Of a DNA stretch of 64,000 bases, positions 12,299-24,700 are shown piece by piece (positions within the stretch are counted from its first letter, which is position 1; each line of letters starts with the position of its first letter). Source of the stretch: Macrostomum lignano (Eukaryota). The notes under the pieces were generated by a model that was not told where the DNA came from, ran no database searches, and saw only the letters and a program-made list of their open reading frames with translations. The DNA is taken from assembly GCA_002269645.1 (NCBI GenBank), contig NIVC01001321.1, forward strand, positions 250,525 to 314,524, read 5' to 3'. The position numbers were made by a program, and so were the translations under genes.

Positions 12299-15200
12299 CT
12301 AGCCAATTCCAACCCCCGTTGGGGCTTTCCGTCAGAACTCCTACCAAAGTTTTCTCACGCAAAAGAAATTCACCCAACTGAACCCCCCCCCCCCATCCAA
12401 AGAATCTCTAATCCATAAAGTCCCTGATGCAAATAATCTCACGTGCAAAAAACCCTCATCCAAAGAATCCCATACAAAGAACCCCCCATCGACAGAATCC
12501 CCGATCCGAAGAATTCCCCATTCAAGGAATCCTCTATCTGTAGAATTCCCTATTTAATGAATCGCCCATCCATAGAATCTCACATGCAAAGAATACCAAT
12601 CCTTCCCGTCCCATCCCCATCCCATCCCATTGATAGAATCCCCGATCCGAAGAATTCCCCATTCAAGGAATCCTCCCATCTGAAGAATTCCCCGTCCAAT
12701 AAATCCCTTATTCAAGAAATCCCTCATCCACAGAAACCCTCTATCCAAAGAATCCCCCCACCCATCCCTATCCAAAGAATCGCCCATCCATCCCTATCTA
12801 AACAATCCCCCATCCATCCCTATCCCAAGAATCCTCCTATTCATCCCTATCCAAATAATTTCCCCATCCATTCCTATCTAAATAATCACCTTAACCATCC
12901 ATATCCAAAAAATTCCTTCTCCAAAAAATCCCCCTCTAAATAATTCACATCCTTAAATAATCCCCCATCAAAAGCATAATTGGCCAAAGAATCCAGAATC
13001 CCCTCATCTAAAGAACCCCCGTTCAAATAACACCCATCTAAAGAATCATTCATCTAAAGAATCCCCCATTCAAAAAACCCTCAATCGAAACAATGCCCCA
13101 CCGAAGAAATTGCCCAATGAATCACCTATTCAAATTTATCCATTAGAAGCATCCCTCATCCAAAGAATCATCAATCCATAGAATTCCCCCAAGACTTAAC
13201 ATCTCAGCAATTTCCCCAAGCCTCGACACCTCAGAAATTTTCCCCAAGCATTGACATCTAAGCAATTCCGGCGCAAGCCTTGACATGTTACCAATTTCTC
13301 CCCGTCCAAAGCCTTGACATCTCAGTAATTCCCCTCCCCAAGCCTTGATATCTCAGTAATTCTCCCAGTAAGCCTTCATATCTCAGTAATTCCTCCAGTA
13401 AGTCTTGACATCTTAGCGATTCCCCTCCCCGAGACTTAAGACCTCAGCAATTCCTTTTTAAGCCTTCACACCTCAGCAATTCCCCCCACAAGCCTTGGCA
13501 TCTCAGCAAGTCCCACTTAAGCCTTCACATGTCATTAATTTCCCAAGGTAAGATTTTATACATGTATCTCAATAATTCCCCTTGTAAATCTTGACATCTT
13601 AAAATTCTCTTCCGAGCAAGCATACCCCAAGAGCAAGCGTCCTTCCGATAGCAAGCAACCCCTGATAGAAAGTACCCCCAGCAAGATTAATGAAGCAATT
13701 TCCTCAGCTAGCCAATTCCAACTCCCGTTGAGGCTTTCCGTCCAAACTCCAGCCACAGTTTTCCCACGCAATAAAATTTCACCCAACTGAATCTCCCATA
13801 CAAAGAATCCCTCATCCAAAGAATACACCACCCATAAAATCCACGATGCAAAGAATCTCACATGCAAAGAATCCGCCATCCAAAAAACCTCCCATCGATA
13901 GAATCACCGATCCGAAGAATTCCCCATTCAAGGAGTTCTCCTATCTGAAGAATTGCCCATCCTTAGAATCTTACATGCAGAGAATCCCCATCCAAAGAAC
14001 CCCCATCGATAGAATCCCCGATCCGAAGAATCCCCCTATCCATCCCTATCCAAAAAATCCTCGACCTCCATCCATATCAAAAAATCTCCCATCCAAAGAA
14101 CCCCTATCAATAGAATCCCGGATCCAAAGAATTCCCCATTCAAGGAATTCTCCTATCTGAAGAATTTCCCATCCAATGCATTGCCCATCCATAACATCTC
14201 ACATGCAAAGAATCCCCTTCAAAAGAATCCCTATTAAAAGAGTCCCTCATTCACAGAGTCCCCATCGAAAGAATCCCCCACCCATCCATATCCAAAGAAT
14301 CCCCCACCCATCCATATCCAAAGAATCTCCCACCCATCCATATCCAAAGAATCCCCCACCCATCCATATCCAAAGAATCCCCCACCCATCCATATCCAAA
14401 GAATCCCCACCCATCCAAATCCAAAGAATCCCCCACCCATCCATATCCAAAGAATCCCCCACCCATCCATATCCAAAGAATCCCCCCCACCCATCTATAT
14501 CCAAAGAATCCCCCTCCCATCCATATCCAAAGAAACCCCCCACCCATCCATATCCAAAGAATCCCCCATCCATCCCTATCGAAAAAATTCCCCTATTTAT
14601 CCCTATCCAAAGAATCCTCCTATCCATCCCCATCCATTCCTAACTAAAGAATCTCCCTCCAAAAAATCCCCATGCAAATAATCCACGTCCAAATAATCCC
14701 CATCCACAGAATCTCCATCCACATTATCCATTGATTCTCCCATCAAAAGAATAATTGGCCAAATAATACCCTCATCTAAAAAAACCCGTTCAAAAAACTT
14801 TACGTCCAAATAATCCCCATCAACAGAATCCCCCATTCAAGGAATCCAAAGAAACTCCCATCCAAATAATCCGCCCATGAATAGAATTCTTGGCCAAAGA
14901 ATCCCCTCATCTCCTCGAGATATCCATTAGAAGCATCTCTCGTTCAAAGATTCCCCGATCCATAGAATTCCTCCCCAAGACTTAACATCTCAGCAATTCC
15001 CACCAAGCCCTGACACCTCAGAAATTCCCTCCAAGCCTTGACATCTCAGCAATTCACTCTTAAGCCTTGGCATCTCAGTAATTCTCTCAGCAAGCCCTTA
15101 TATCTCAGTAATTCCCCCAGTAAGTCTTGACATCTCAGCAATTCCCCTCACGTCTTGATATCTCAGCAATTCCCTCTTAGCCTTGGCATCTCAGTTTAAT

Positions 15201-16256
15201 ATTTTTTTTGAATATAATACTCGTAGCTTCTCTTCTACCTGATTTACCTGACGTTTTTTTAGTTTTCTTTAGCTAAAAAGTTTAAAATTAATTTTTTTAA
15301 TAAAATACTTCTACAATTTAAAAATTCGAACCCACGTCGCTGCATTAGCAGGTCAGTCTGTTTACCTCTAGGCTATCTCTCAATGCTTTGATAACATAAA
15401 TTGTAGCACTTACATAATTCAACACTTTCAAAACTCCACGCACAGAGTAAATCACACGAAGCAGTTATGACATAATTTCTCAGCCAGTCTGTATCAGTTT
15501 CAAATAAAGTCACCAATATGGTTACGCAATCTAAATCTAAATTCAATGGCGCTGGCTTGAATTGTGGAGTTGCGATAAAGTAGGGGTTTGCGATATGGGA
15601 GAGTGTACAATGAGTATATAAAGTAAAATTCAAAGGAATCTTCTTTTTAATGCTGTGCTTTTAATTTTTCGAATCTAAGCAAAGAAATTATTCCCAAACT
15701 CAGCGTTTCAAGCTCTTTCTAGCAATACAAGGCTCTCTTCTGAAAGTAAAAAACTCGAAGCACAAACAATGATTGAACATTCCTGCTTTAAAGCATTCAA
15801 ATTCATAAGGCGTACATTCAGCGCCAGCTACAGTGAGAGGCCTGCAAGTTGATGCATTGAAATTAACAACCAAGCCAGCCCATGAATAATTGAATAGCGA
15901 CACCCGCCCCTCAATTAAAATGTGTTGCGCAACCTTTCAACGCTTGTAGCTCTCCACGCGAGTGTGGAGAACCAATGCTATAGTTGGCACTGAGTTATGA
16001 TGCAATACAATTCCATCGGCCGGCAGACTGCTTCTCAATCGGAAAGAACTGTTTGAACTTAAAAAACTTGGCGAAAAATCGAGTTTTTCGAATATTTAAG
16101 CCCGAAAAAATGAAGCAATTTCTTAGAAAAATTTTGTGTACCTGCGCACCATCAATACGCATCGAATGCAGAAAACCCCACGAAATTCCGACCATGTAGA
16201 GTCAAGTTAAGCGAAGGTTCGTATAGGTACATAGTTTTGATTTTTAGTATATTGGA
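12299..16256 (-). mobile_element. Helitron-like unit 5 (subfamily C)
   Basis: Paralogous to unit 4, including an internal CTAG-hairpin at 13708 and a near-identical ~900-bp 5' segment (15320-16256 versus 11350-12298). Confidence 0.75.
14270..14570. repeat. 26-bp minisatellite ATCCAAAGAATCCCCCACCCATCCAT inside Helitron unit 5
   Basis: Tandem copies read directly; an expansion of the looser AAAGAATCCCCATCC repeats of subfamily C. Confidence 0.9.
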
Positions 16257-19200
16257 CTAGCAATCTTCGCCCCCCGATGGGGGACATCTGGATAGAATCT
16301 CTGTTCTCTACAAGTAACAAAAAGACAGCCAAAAAATCCTTCACAAAGACAACAGACAAACTGCTCAAATGAAGTGAATTGCAATAAGAAATCATCCCAA
16401 GACCACAAGCATCCCCCAGATAGCAAGCATCCTCCAGATAGCAAGCATTCCCCCAGATAGCAAGCATTCCCCAGATAGCAAGCATCCCTCAAATAGCAAG
16501 CATCCTCCAGATAGCAAGCATCCCCCAGATAGCAAACATCCCCAGATAGCAAGCATCCTCCAGATAGCAAGCATTCCCCCAGATAGCAAGCATTCCCCAG
16601 ATAGCAAGAATCCCTCAAATAGCAAGCATCCTCCAGATAGCAAGCATCCCCCAGATAGCAAACATCCCCCAGATAGCAAGCATCCTCCAGATAGCAAGCA
16701 TCCCCCAGATAGCAAGCATCCTCCAGATAGCAAGCATCCTCCAGATAGCAAGCATCCCCCAGATAGCAAACATCCCCCAGATAGCAAACATCCCCCAGAT
16801 AGCAAGCATCCTCCAGATAGCAAGCATCCCCCAGATAGCAAGCATCCTCCAGATTGCAAGCATCCCCCAGATAGCAAGCATCCCCCAGATTGCAAGCATC
16901 CTCCAGATAGCAAGCATCCCCCAGATAGATAGCATCCCCAAATAGCAAGCATCCACCAGACAATAAGTAGCTAGTGCGACAATTTTCTTAGCTTTATAGT
17001 AGCTCCTTTAAATTGGCATGGCGCTTTATACCTTTACATTTGAAATTGTATATCTTGAATGTTTGACATGGTGGCTCTTTATGTTTGACGTAGTGGCTCT
17101 TTAATGTTTGACATGGTAACTCTTTTATGTTTGATATGGTGGCTCTTTTATGTTCGACATGGTGGCTCTTTAATGTTCGACATAGTAGCTCTTTAATTTT
17201 TGACATGGTAGCTCTTTAATTTTCGAATGGTGGCTGTTTTATGTTTGACATGGTGGCTTTTTAATGTTCGACATGGTGGCTCTTTTAGGTTTGAAACGGT
17301 GGCTCTTTAATGTTTGACATGGTGGCTCTTTTAGGTTTGAAATGGAGGCTCTTTAATGCTTGACAAGGTGGCTCTTTAATGTTTGACATGGTGGCTCTTT
17401 AATGTTTGACATGGTGGCTCTTTAATGTTTGACATGGTGGCTCCTTTAGGTTTGAAATGGTGGCTCTTTAATTTTCGAAATGGTGGCTCTTTAATGTTCG
17501 ACATGGTGTCTGTTTTATGTTTGACATGGTGGCTCTTTAATGTTCGACATGGTGGCTCTTTAATGTTCGACATGGTCTGTTTTATGTTTGACATGGTGGC
17601 TCTTTAATGTTTGACATGGTGGCTCTTTAATTATTAACATGGAAACTCTTTTATGTTTGATATGGTGCATACATGCGCAACTTTGGGAATCACCCGGCCG
17701 TTTCTATTGGCAACACACACATGTAAGTCGCTATTGGCTGAGAGCAGTCACGTGACTACTACTCCGTCCAATAGCGACTTACATGTGTGTGTTGCCAATA
17801 GAAACGGCCGAGTGAATCCCCAGGTTGCGCCCATGCATGATATGGTGGCTCTTTTATGTTCGACATGGTGGCTCCTTTAGGTTTGAAATGGTGGCTCTTT
17901 AATGTTTGACATGGTGGCTCTTTTAGGTTTGACATGGTGGCTCTTTAATGTTCGACATGGTGGCTCCTTTAGGTTTGAAATGGTGGCTCTTTAATGTTTG
18001 ACATTGTGGCTCTTTAATGTTTGACATTGTGGCTCTTTAATGTTTGACATGGTGGCTTTTTAATGTTCGACATGGTGGCTCTTTTAGGTTTGAAACGGTG
18101 GCTCTTTAATGTTTGACATGGTGGCTCTTTTAGGTTTGAAATGGTGGCTCTTTAATGCTTGACAAGGTGGCTCTTTAATGTTTGACATGGTGGCTCTTCA
18201 ATGTTCGACATGGTGGCTCTTTAATGTTTGACATGGTAACTCTTTTATGTTTGATATGGTGGATTTTTAATGTTCGACATGGTGGCTCTTTAATGTTTGA
18301 CATGGTGACTCTTTAATGTTTCACATGGTGGCTTTTTAATGTTCGAGATGGTGGCTCTTTAATGTTCGACATGGTGGCTCCTTTAGGTTTGAAATGGTGG
18401 CTCTTTAATGTTTGACATTGTGGCTCTGTAATGTTTGACATGGTGGCTCTTTAATGCTTGACAAGGTGGCTCTTTAATGTTTGACATTGTGGCTCTTTAA
18501 TGTTTGACATGGTGGCTCTTTAATGTTCGACATGGTGGCTCTTTAATGTTTGACATGGTAACTCTTTTATGTTTGATATGGTGGCTTTTTAATGTTCGAC
18601 ATGGTGGCTCTTTAATGTTTTACATGGTGGCTTTTTAATGTTCGACATGGTGGCTCTTTTAGGTTTGAAACGGTGGATCTTTAATGTTTGACATGGTGGC
18701 TCTTTAATGTTTGACATGGTGGCTTTTCTATGTTTGACATGGTGGCTCTTTAATGTTTGACATGGTGGCTCTTTAATGTTCGACATGGTGGCTCTTTAAT
18801 GTTTGACATGGTGGCTCTTTAATGTTTGACATGGTGGCTCTATAATGTTTAACATGGTGGCTCTTTAATGTTTGACATGGTTGCTTTTCTATGTTCGACA
18901 TGGTGGCTCTTTAATGTTCTTAATGGTGTGTGTTTTATGTTTGACATGGTGGCTTTTTAATGTTCCACATGGTGGCTCTTTAATGTTTGACATGGTGGCT
19001 CTTTAATGTTTGACATGGTGGCTTTTTAATGTTTGAAATGGTGGCTTTTCTATGTTTGACATGGTGGCTCTTATATGATTGACATGGTGGCTTTTTAATG
19101 TTCGACATGGTGGCTCTTTAATGTTCGACATGGTGGCTCTTTAATGTTTGACATGGTAACTCTTTTATGTTTGATATGGTGGCTTTTTAATGTTCGACAT

Positions 19201-21297
19201 GGTGGCTCTATAATGTTTAACATGGTGGCTCTTTAATGTTTGACATGGTTGCTTTTCTATGTTCGACATGGTGGCTCTTTAATGTTCTTAATAGTGTGTG
19301 TTTTATGTTTGACATGGTGGCTTTTTAATGTTCCACATGGTGGCTCTTTAATGTTTGACATGGTGGCTCTTTAATGTTTGACATGGTGGCTTTTCTATGT
19401 TTGACATGGTGGCTCTTTAATGTGTGACATGGTGGCTTTTTAATGTTCGACATGGTGGCTCTTTAATGTTTGACATGGTGGCTCTTTAATGTTTGACATG
19501 GTGGCTCTATAATGTTTAACATGGTGGCTCTTTAATGTTTGACATGGTTGCTTTTCTATGTTCGACATGGTGGCTCTTTAATGTTCTTAATGGTGTGTGT
19601 TCTATGTTCGACATGGTGGCTCTTTAATGTTCTTAATGGTGTGTGTTTTATGTTTGACATGGTGGCTTTTTAATGTTTGAAATGGTGGCTTTTCTACGTT
19701 TGACATGGTGGCTCTTTTATGTTTGACATGGTGGCTTTTTAATGTTCGACATGGTGGCTCTTTAATGTTTGACATGGTAACTCTTTTATGTTTGATATGG
19801 TGGCTTTTTAATGTTCGACATGGTGGCTCTTTAATGTTCGACATAGTGGCTCTTTTAGGTTTGAAATGGTGGCTCTTTAATGTTTGACATGGTGGCTCTT
19901 TAATGTTTGACATGGTGGCTTTTCTATGTTTGACATGGTGGCTCTTTAATGTGTGACATGGTGGCTTTTTAATGTTCGACATGGTGGCTCTTTAATGTTT
20001 GACATGTTGGCTCTTTTATGTTTGACATGGTGGCTCTATAATGTTTGACATGGTGGCTCTTTAATGTTTGACATGGTTGCTTTTCTATGTTCGACATGGT
20101 GGCTCTTTAATGTTTGACATGGTTGTTTTTCTATGTTTGACATGGTGGCTCTTTTATGTTTGACATGGTAGCTTTTTAATGTTCGAGATGGTGGCTCCTT
20201 TAGGTTTGAAATGGTGGCTCTTTAATGTTTGACATGGTGGCTCTTTAATGTTTGACATGGTGGCTCTTTAATGTTTGACATGGTGGCTTTTTTACGTTTG
20301 ACATGGTGGCTCTTTTATGTTTGACATGGTGGCTTTTTAATGTTCGACATGGTGGCTCTTTAATGTTTGACATGGTGGCTCTTTAATGTTCGAGATGGTG
20401 GCTCTTTTAGGTTTGAAATGGTGGCTCTTTAATGTTCGAGATGGTGGCTCCTTTAGGTTTGACATGGTGACTCTTTAATGTTTGACATGGTGGCTCTTTA
20501 ATGTTCGAGATGGTGGCTCTTTTAGGTTTGAAATGGTGGCTCTTTAATGTTTGACATGGTGGCTCTTTAATGTTCGACATGGTGGCTCTTTAATGTTTGA
20601 CATGGTGGCTCTTTAATGTTTCACATGGTGGCTTTTCTATGTTTGACGTGGTGGCTCTCTTATGTTTGACATGGTGGCTCTTTTATTGCGCTTCTTTTAT
20701 GTTTAGCAGTTTTTTGTTTTTAAGGTGTTTTAATAAAAAAATTATTTTGCGCTACTAAGATTCGAACCCTTGTCGCTACATTAGCAGTCCAGTCTGTTCG
20801 CATCTAGGCTATCTCTTTTTAATTGGAGAATATGAATTGTGGCCCTTATAATTCAATTCTTACAGCAAGTCAATTGGAGTAAAAAGTTATGACATAATCA
20901 ATTTCTCAGTCAGCCAGTATCAGTCTCAATTTAAGTTAGCAATATGGTTACGCAATTTTAATCAAGTATTGTGTGCGTTTCTGTGGCACTGTTTTCAACT
21001 TGTTGTGATGCAATCTTTATCACAATCGGAATTCAGTCAGTCAGTTTTTTTCTAGCATTCTTACAATGTATTTCAAGTCGAAAATTTGGCTTGACCTTTG
21101 CAAAAAAGCATGTTTTTCGAATATTTAATCCCTTTAACATTGAGCAATTTCTTAGCCAAGATGCATGTACCGTCCCAGGAAAATTTCTGATCGAATGGTG
21201 CAAGTTTGAAGAAAATCGGTTAAACCAATTTTTCTGAAATCTATCGCATACCCACATACCCACATACCCACAGACAACTCATTTTTAGTATATAGGA
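16257..21297 (-). mobile_element. Helitron-like unit 6 (subfamily A, with nested hAT MITE)
   Basis: CTAG plus hairpin, 18-bp array, ~3.6-kb 23-bp array, tRNA-like head and TTTTTAGTATATAGGA terminus. Confidence 0.8.
17668..17839. mobile_element. hAT-type palindromic MITE (172 bp)
   Basis: Perfect 8-bp TSD ATATGGTG (17660-17667 and 17840-17847); ~70-bp inverted arms starting CAT(A/G)CATG..GCGCAAC; central AGTCACGTGACT palindrome. Confidence 0.85.
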
Positions 21298-24200
21298 AGC
21301 AATCTTCGCCCCCCGATGGGGGACATCTAAATAGAATATCTGTTCTCTAAAAGTAACAAAAAGACAGCGAAATAAAGCTTTCACAAAGACAACAGACATT
21401 CCATCTGTAAAGAAAACATCCCCAGACAGCATGCAAGCATCTCCCAGATAGCATGCAAGCATCTCCCAGATAGCAAGCATCCCCCAAATAGCAAGAATCC
21501 CCCAGATAGCAAGCATCCCCAGACAGCATGCAAGCATCTTCCAGATAGCAAGCATCCCCCAGATAGCAAGCATCCCCAGATAGCACGAATCCCCCAGATA
21601 TAGCAAGCATCCCCAGACAGCACTCAAGCATCCCCCAGATAGCAAGAATCCCCCAGATAGCAAGCATCCCCAGACAGCATGCAAGCATCCCCCAGATAGC
21701 AAGCATCTCCCAGATAGCAAGAATCGCCCAGATAGCAAGCATCCCCAGACAGCATGCAAGCATCCCCAGACAGCATGCAACCATCCCCCAGATAGCAAGC
21801 ATCCCTGGATACAAAGAATCCTTATAGATAGCTAGCAACCCCCTCTCAGATAGCAAGTACCCTCCACTCCCCAAGAGCAAGCATCCCCCAATAGCAAGTT
21901 ACCCCAGATAGCAAGCATTCTTCCGATAGCAAGCATCCCTCCCCCCAATAGCAAGCATCACTCAGATAGCAAGCATCCCCCTGATAGCAAGTATCCATCC
22001 TTAAATAGCAAGCATCCACCAGACATCAAGTAGCTAGTGCAATAATTTCCTTAGCTTTATAGTGGCTCCATTTTGTTTGGCATGACACTTCTTTTTATGT
22101 TTGACATGGTGGCTCTTCTATGTTTGACATGAACACATGGTGTCTCTTCTATGTTTGACATGGTGGCTCTTCTATGTTTGACATGGTAGCTCTTTAATGT
22201 TTGACATGGAGTCACGTATATGTTTGACATAGTGGCTCTTTAATGATTGACATCGTGGTTCTTTAATGTTTGACATGGTGGCTCTTTAATGTTTGACATG
22301 GTGTCTCTGTTATGTTTGACATGATGGCTCAGTTGTTCGACATGGTGTCTCTTCTATGTTTGACATGGTGGCTCTTTTGTGTTTGACATTGTGGCTCTTT
22401 AATGTTTGACATGGTGGCTCTTCTATGTTTGACATGGTAGCACTTTAATCTTCGACATGGTGGCTCTTTATTTTTGACATTGTGGCTCTTTAATGTTTGA
22501 TATGGAGTAATGTATATGCTTGACGTGGTGGTTCTTTTATGGTTGACATGGTGGCTTTTTTATGTTTGACACGGCGGCTCTTTTATGTTTGGCATGGTGG
22601 CTCTTTTATGTTCGACATGGTGGCTCAATAATGTTCGACATGGTGGCTCTTTTATGTTTGACATGGTGGCTCTTTTATGTTCGACATGGTGGCTCTTTTA
22701 TGTTTGACATGCTGGCTCTTTTATGTTTGGCATGGTGGCTCTTTAATGTTTGGCATGGTGGCTCTTTAATGTTTGACATTGTAGTTCTTTTATGTTTGAT
22801 ATGGTGGCTCTTTTATGTTCGACATGGTGGCTCTTTAATGTTCGACATGGTGGCTCTTTTAGGTTTGAAATGGTGGCTCTTTTGTGTTTGACATTGTGGC
22901 TCTTTAATGTTTCACATGGTGGCTCTTCTATATTTGACATGGTAGCACTTTAATCTTCGACATGGTGGCTCTTTAATTTTTGACATTGTGGCTCTTTAAT
23001 GTTTCACATAGTGGCTCTTTAATTTTTGACATTGTGGCTCTTTAATGTTTGACATGGTGGCTCTTTTATGTTTGACATTGTGGCTCTTTAATGTCTGACA
23101 TGGTGGCTCAATAATGTTTGACATGCTGGCTCTTTAATGTTTTACATGATGGCTCTTTAATATTTGACATGGAGGCCCTTTTATGTTCGACATGGTGGCT
23201 CTTCAATGTTTGACATGGTACCTCTTTTATGTTCGACATAGTGGCTCTTTAATGTTTGACATGGTGACTCTTTTATGTTCTACATGGTGGCTCTTTAATG
23301 TTTGATAAGGTGGCTCTTTAATGTTCTTAATGGTGTCTGTTTTATGTTTGACATGGTGGCTCTTTAATGTTTGATAAGGTGGCTCTTTAATGTTCTTAAT
23401 GGTGTCTGTTTTATGTTTGACATGGTGGCTCTTTTATGTTTGACATGGTGGCTCTTTAATGTTTTACATGGTGGCTCTTTTATGTTCTACATGGTAGATC
23501 TTTTATGTTCGACATGGTGGCTCTTTAATGTTTGATAAGGTGGCTCTTTAATGTTCGACATGGTGGCTCTTTTAGGTTTGAAATGGTGGCTCTTTTATGT
23601 TTGACATGGTGGCTTTTTAATGTTCGACATGTTGGCTCTTTAATGTTCTTTATGGTGTCTGTTTTATGTTTGACATGGTGGCTCTTTAATGTTTTGACAT
23701 GGTGGCTCTTTTATGTTCTTGATGGTGTCTGTTTTATGTTTGACATGGTGGCTTTTTAATGTTCGACATGGTGGCTCTTTAATGTTCTTAATGGTAACTC
23801 TTTTTTTTGTTCGAAATAGTGGCTCTTTTATGTTTGACATTGCGCTTCTTTTATGTTTAGCAGTTTTTTGTTTTTAAGGTGTTTTAATAAAAAAATCATT
23901 TTGCGCTACTAAGATTGGAACCCAGGTCGCTACATTAGTAGTCCAGTCTGTTCACATCTAGGCTATCTTTTTTCAATTGGAGCACATGAATTGTGGCCCT
24001 TATAATTCAATTCTTACAGCAAGTCGGTTAGAGTAAAAATTTATGACATAATCAATTTCTCAGTCAGCCAGTATCAGTCTTAATTTAAGTTAGCAATATT
24101 GTTGCGCAATTTTAATCAAGTCTTGTGTGCGTTTCTGTGGCACTGTTTTCACCTTGTTGTGATGCAATCTTTATCAGAATTGAAATTCAGCCAGTCAGTT

Positions 24201-24520
24201 TTTTCTCTAGCATTCTTACAATGCATTTCAAGTCGAAAATTTTGCTTGACCTTTGCAAAAAAGCATGTTTTTCGAATATTTAATCCCTTTAACATTGAGC
24301 AATTTCTTAGCCAAGATGCATGTACCGTCCCAGGAAAATTTCTGATCGAATGGTGCAAGTTTGAAAAAAATCGGTTGAGCCAATTTTTCTGAAATCAATC
24401 GCATACCCATATACATACATACTTTGAATCTTTTGGCGAAAACGCGATGAAAATCGGTGAAGAATTGCAATCTGTAGAGCGTTATGGACATACAAATATT
24501 AGAGATTTAGTATATTTAGA
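21298..24520 (-). mobile_element. Helitron-like unit 7 (subfamily A)
   Basis: The 3' CTAG is reduced to AG but the hairpin is intact; same internal parts; ends TTAGTATATTTAGA|T. Confidence 0.8.
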
Positions 24521-24700
24521 TTATTAATCATGACACACTTATTTTTTGCTTTATCATAGAAATCATAGAAAATTCTATTAAAAGCTCCTCTAGATATTAT
24601 TTTCCGAATGCTGAAGCTTAGCTGAAACAGAATGCGATTTAGTTTGAATTAATTTGATTCAGAATTCGGCTGCCCTCAACCATTCCCACTCTTTTGCCAG

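Larger units (their letters stand above)
7..24520 (-). mobile_element. Tandem head-to-tail array of seven non-autonomous Helitron-like elements
   Basis: On the minus strand each unit ends with a GC hairpin (CCCCC-AAC/ATC-GGGGG type) about 10 nt before CTAG and starts TC(C/T)A-(A/T)ATACTAAAA. On the plus strand the junctions read GA|CTAG at 6606/7, 8610/1, 12298/9 and 16256/7, a degenerate GA|AG at 21297/8, and a 5'-truncated junction at 3443/4. The outer boundaries are A|CTAG (6/7) and GA|T (24520/1), matching the A|T Helitron target with no TSD. No Rep/helicase ORF is present. Confidence 0.85.

Noticed and set aside
2920-23970. Functional tRNA-Ser or tRNA-Cys genes
   Set aside because: Acceptor and D stems do not pair, the anticodon varies between copies, and the short variable loop is incompatible with tRNA-Ser.
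27-24000. Dozens of ORFs (GDACYL, GGCLLS, MSNIKEPP, SKHPPD, PIHPYPK repeats)
   Set aside because: They are translations of 18-, 23- and 26-bp tandem repeats that lack stops in some frames; they overlap in several frames and have no splice or domain support.
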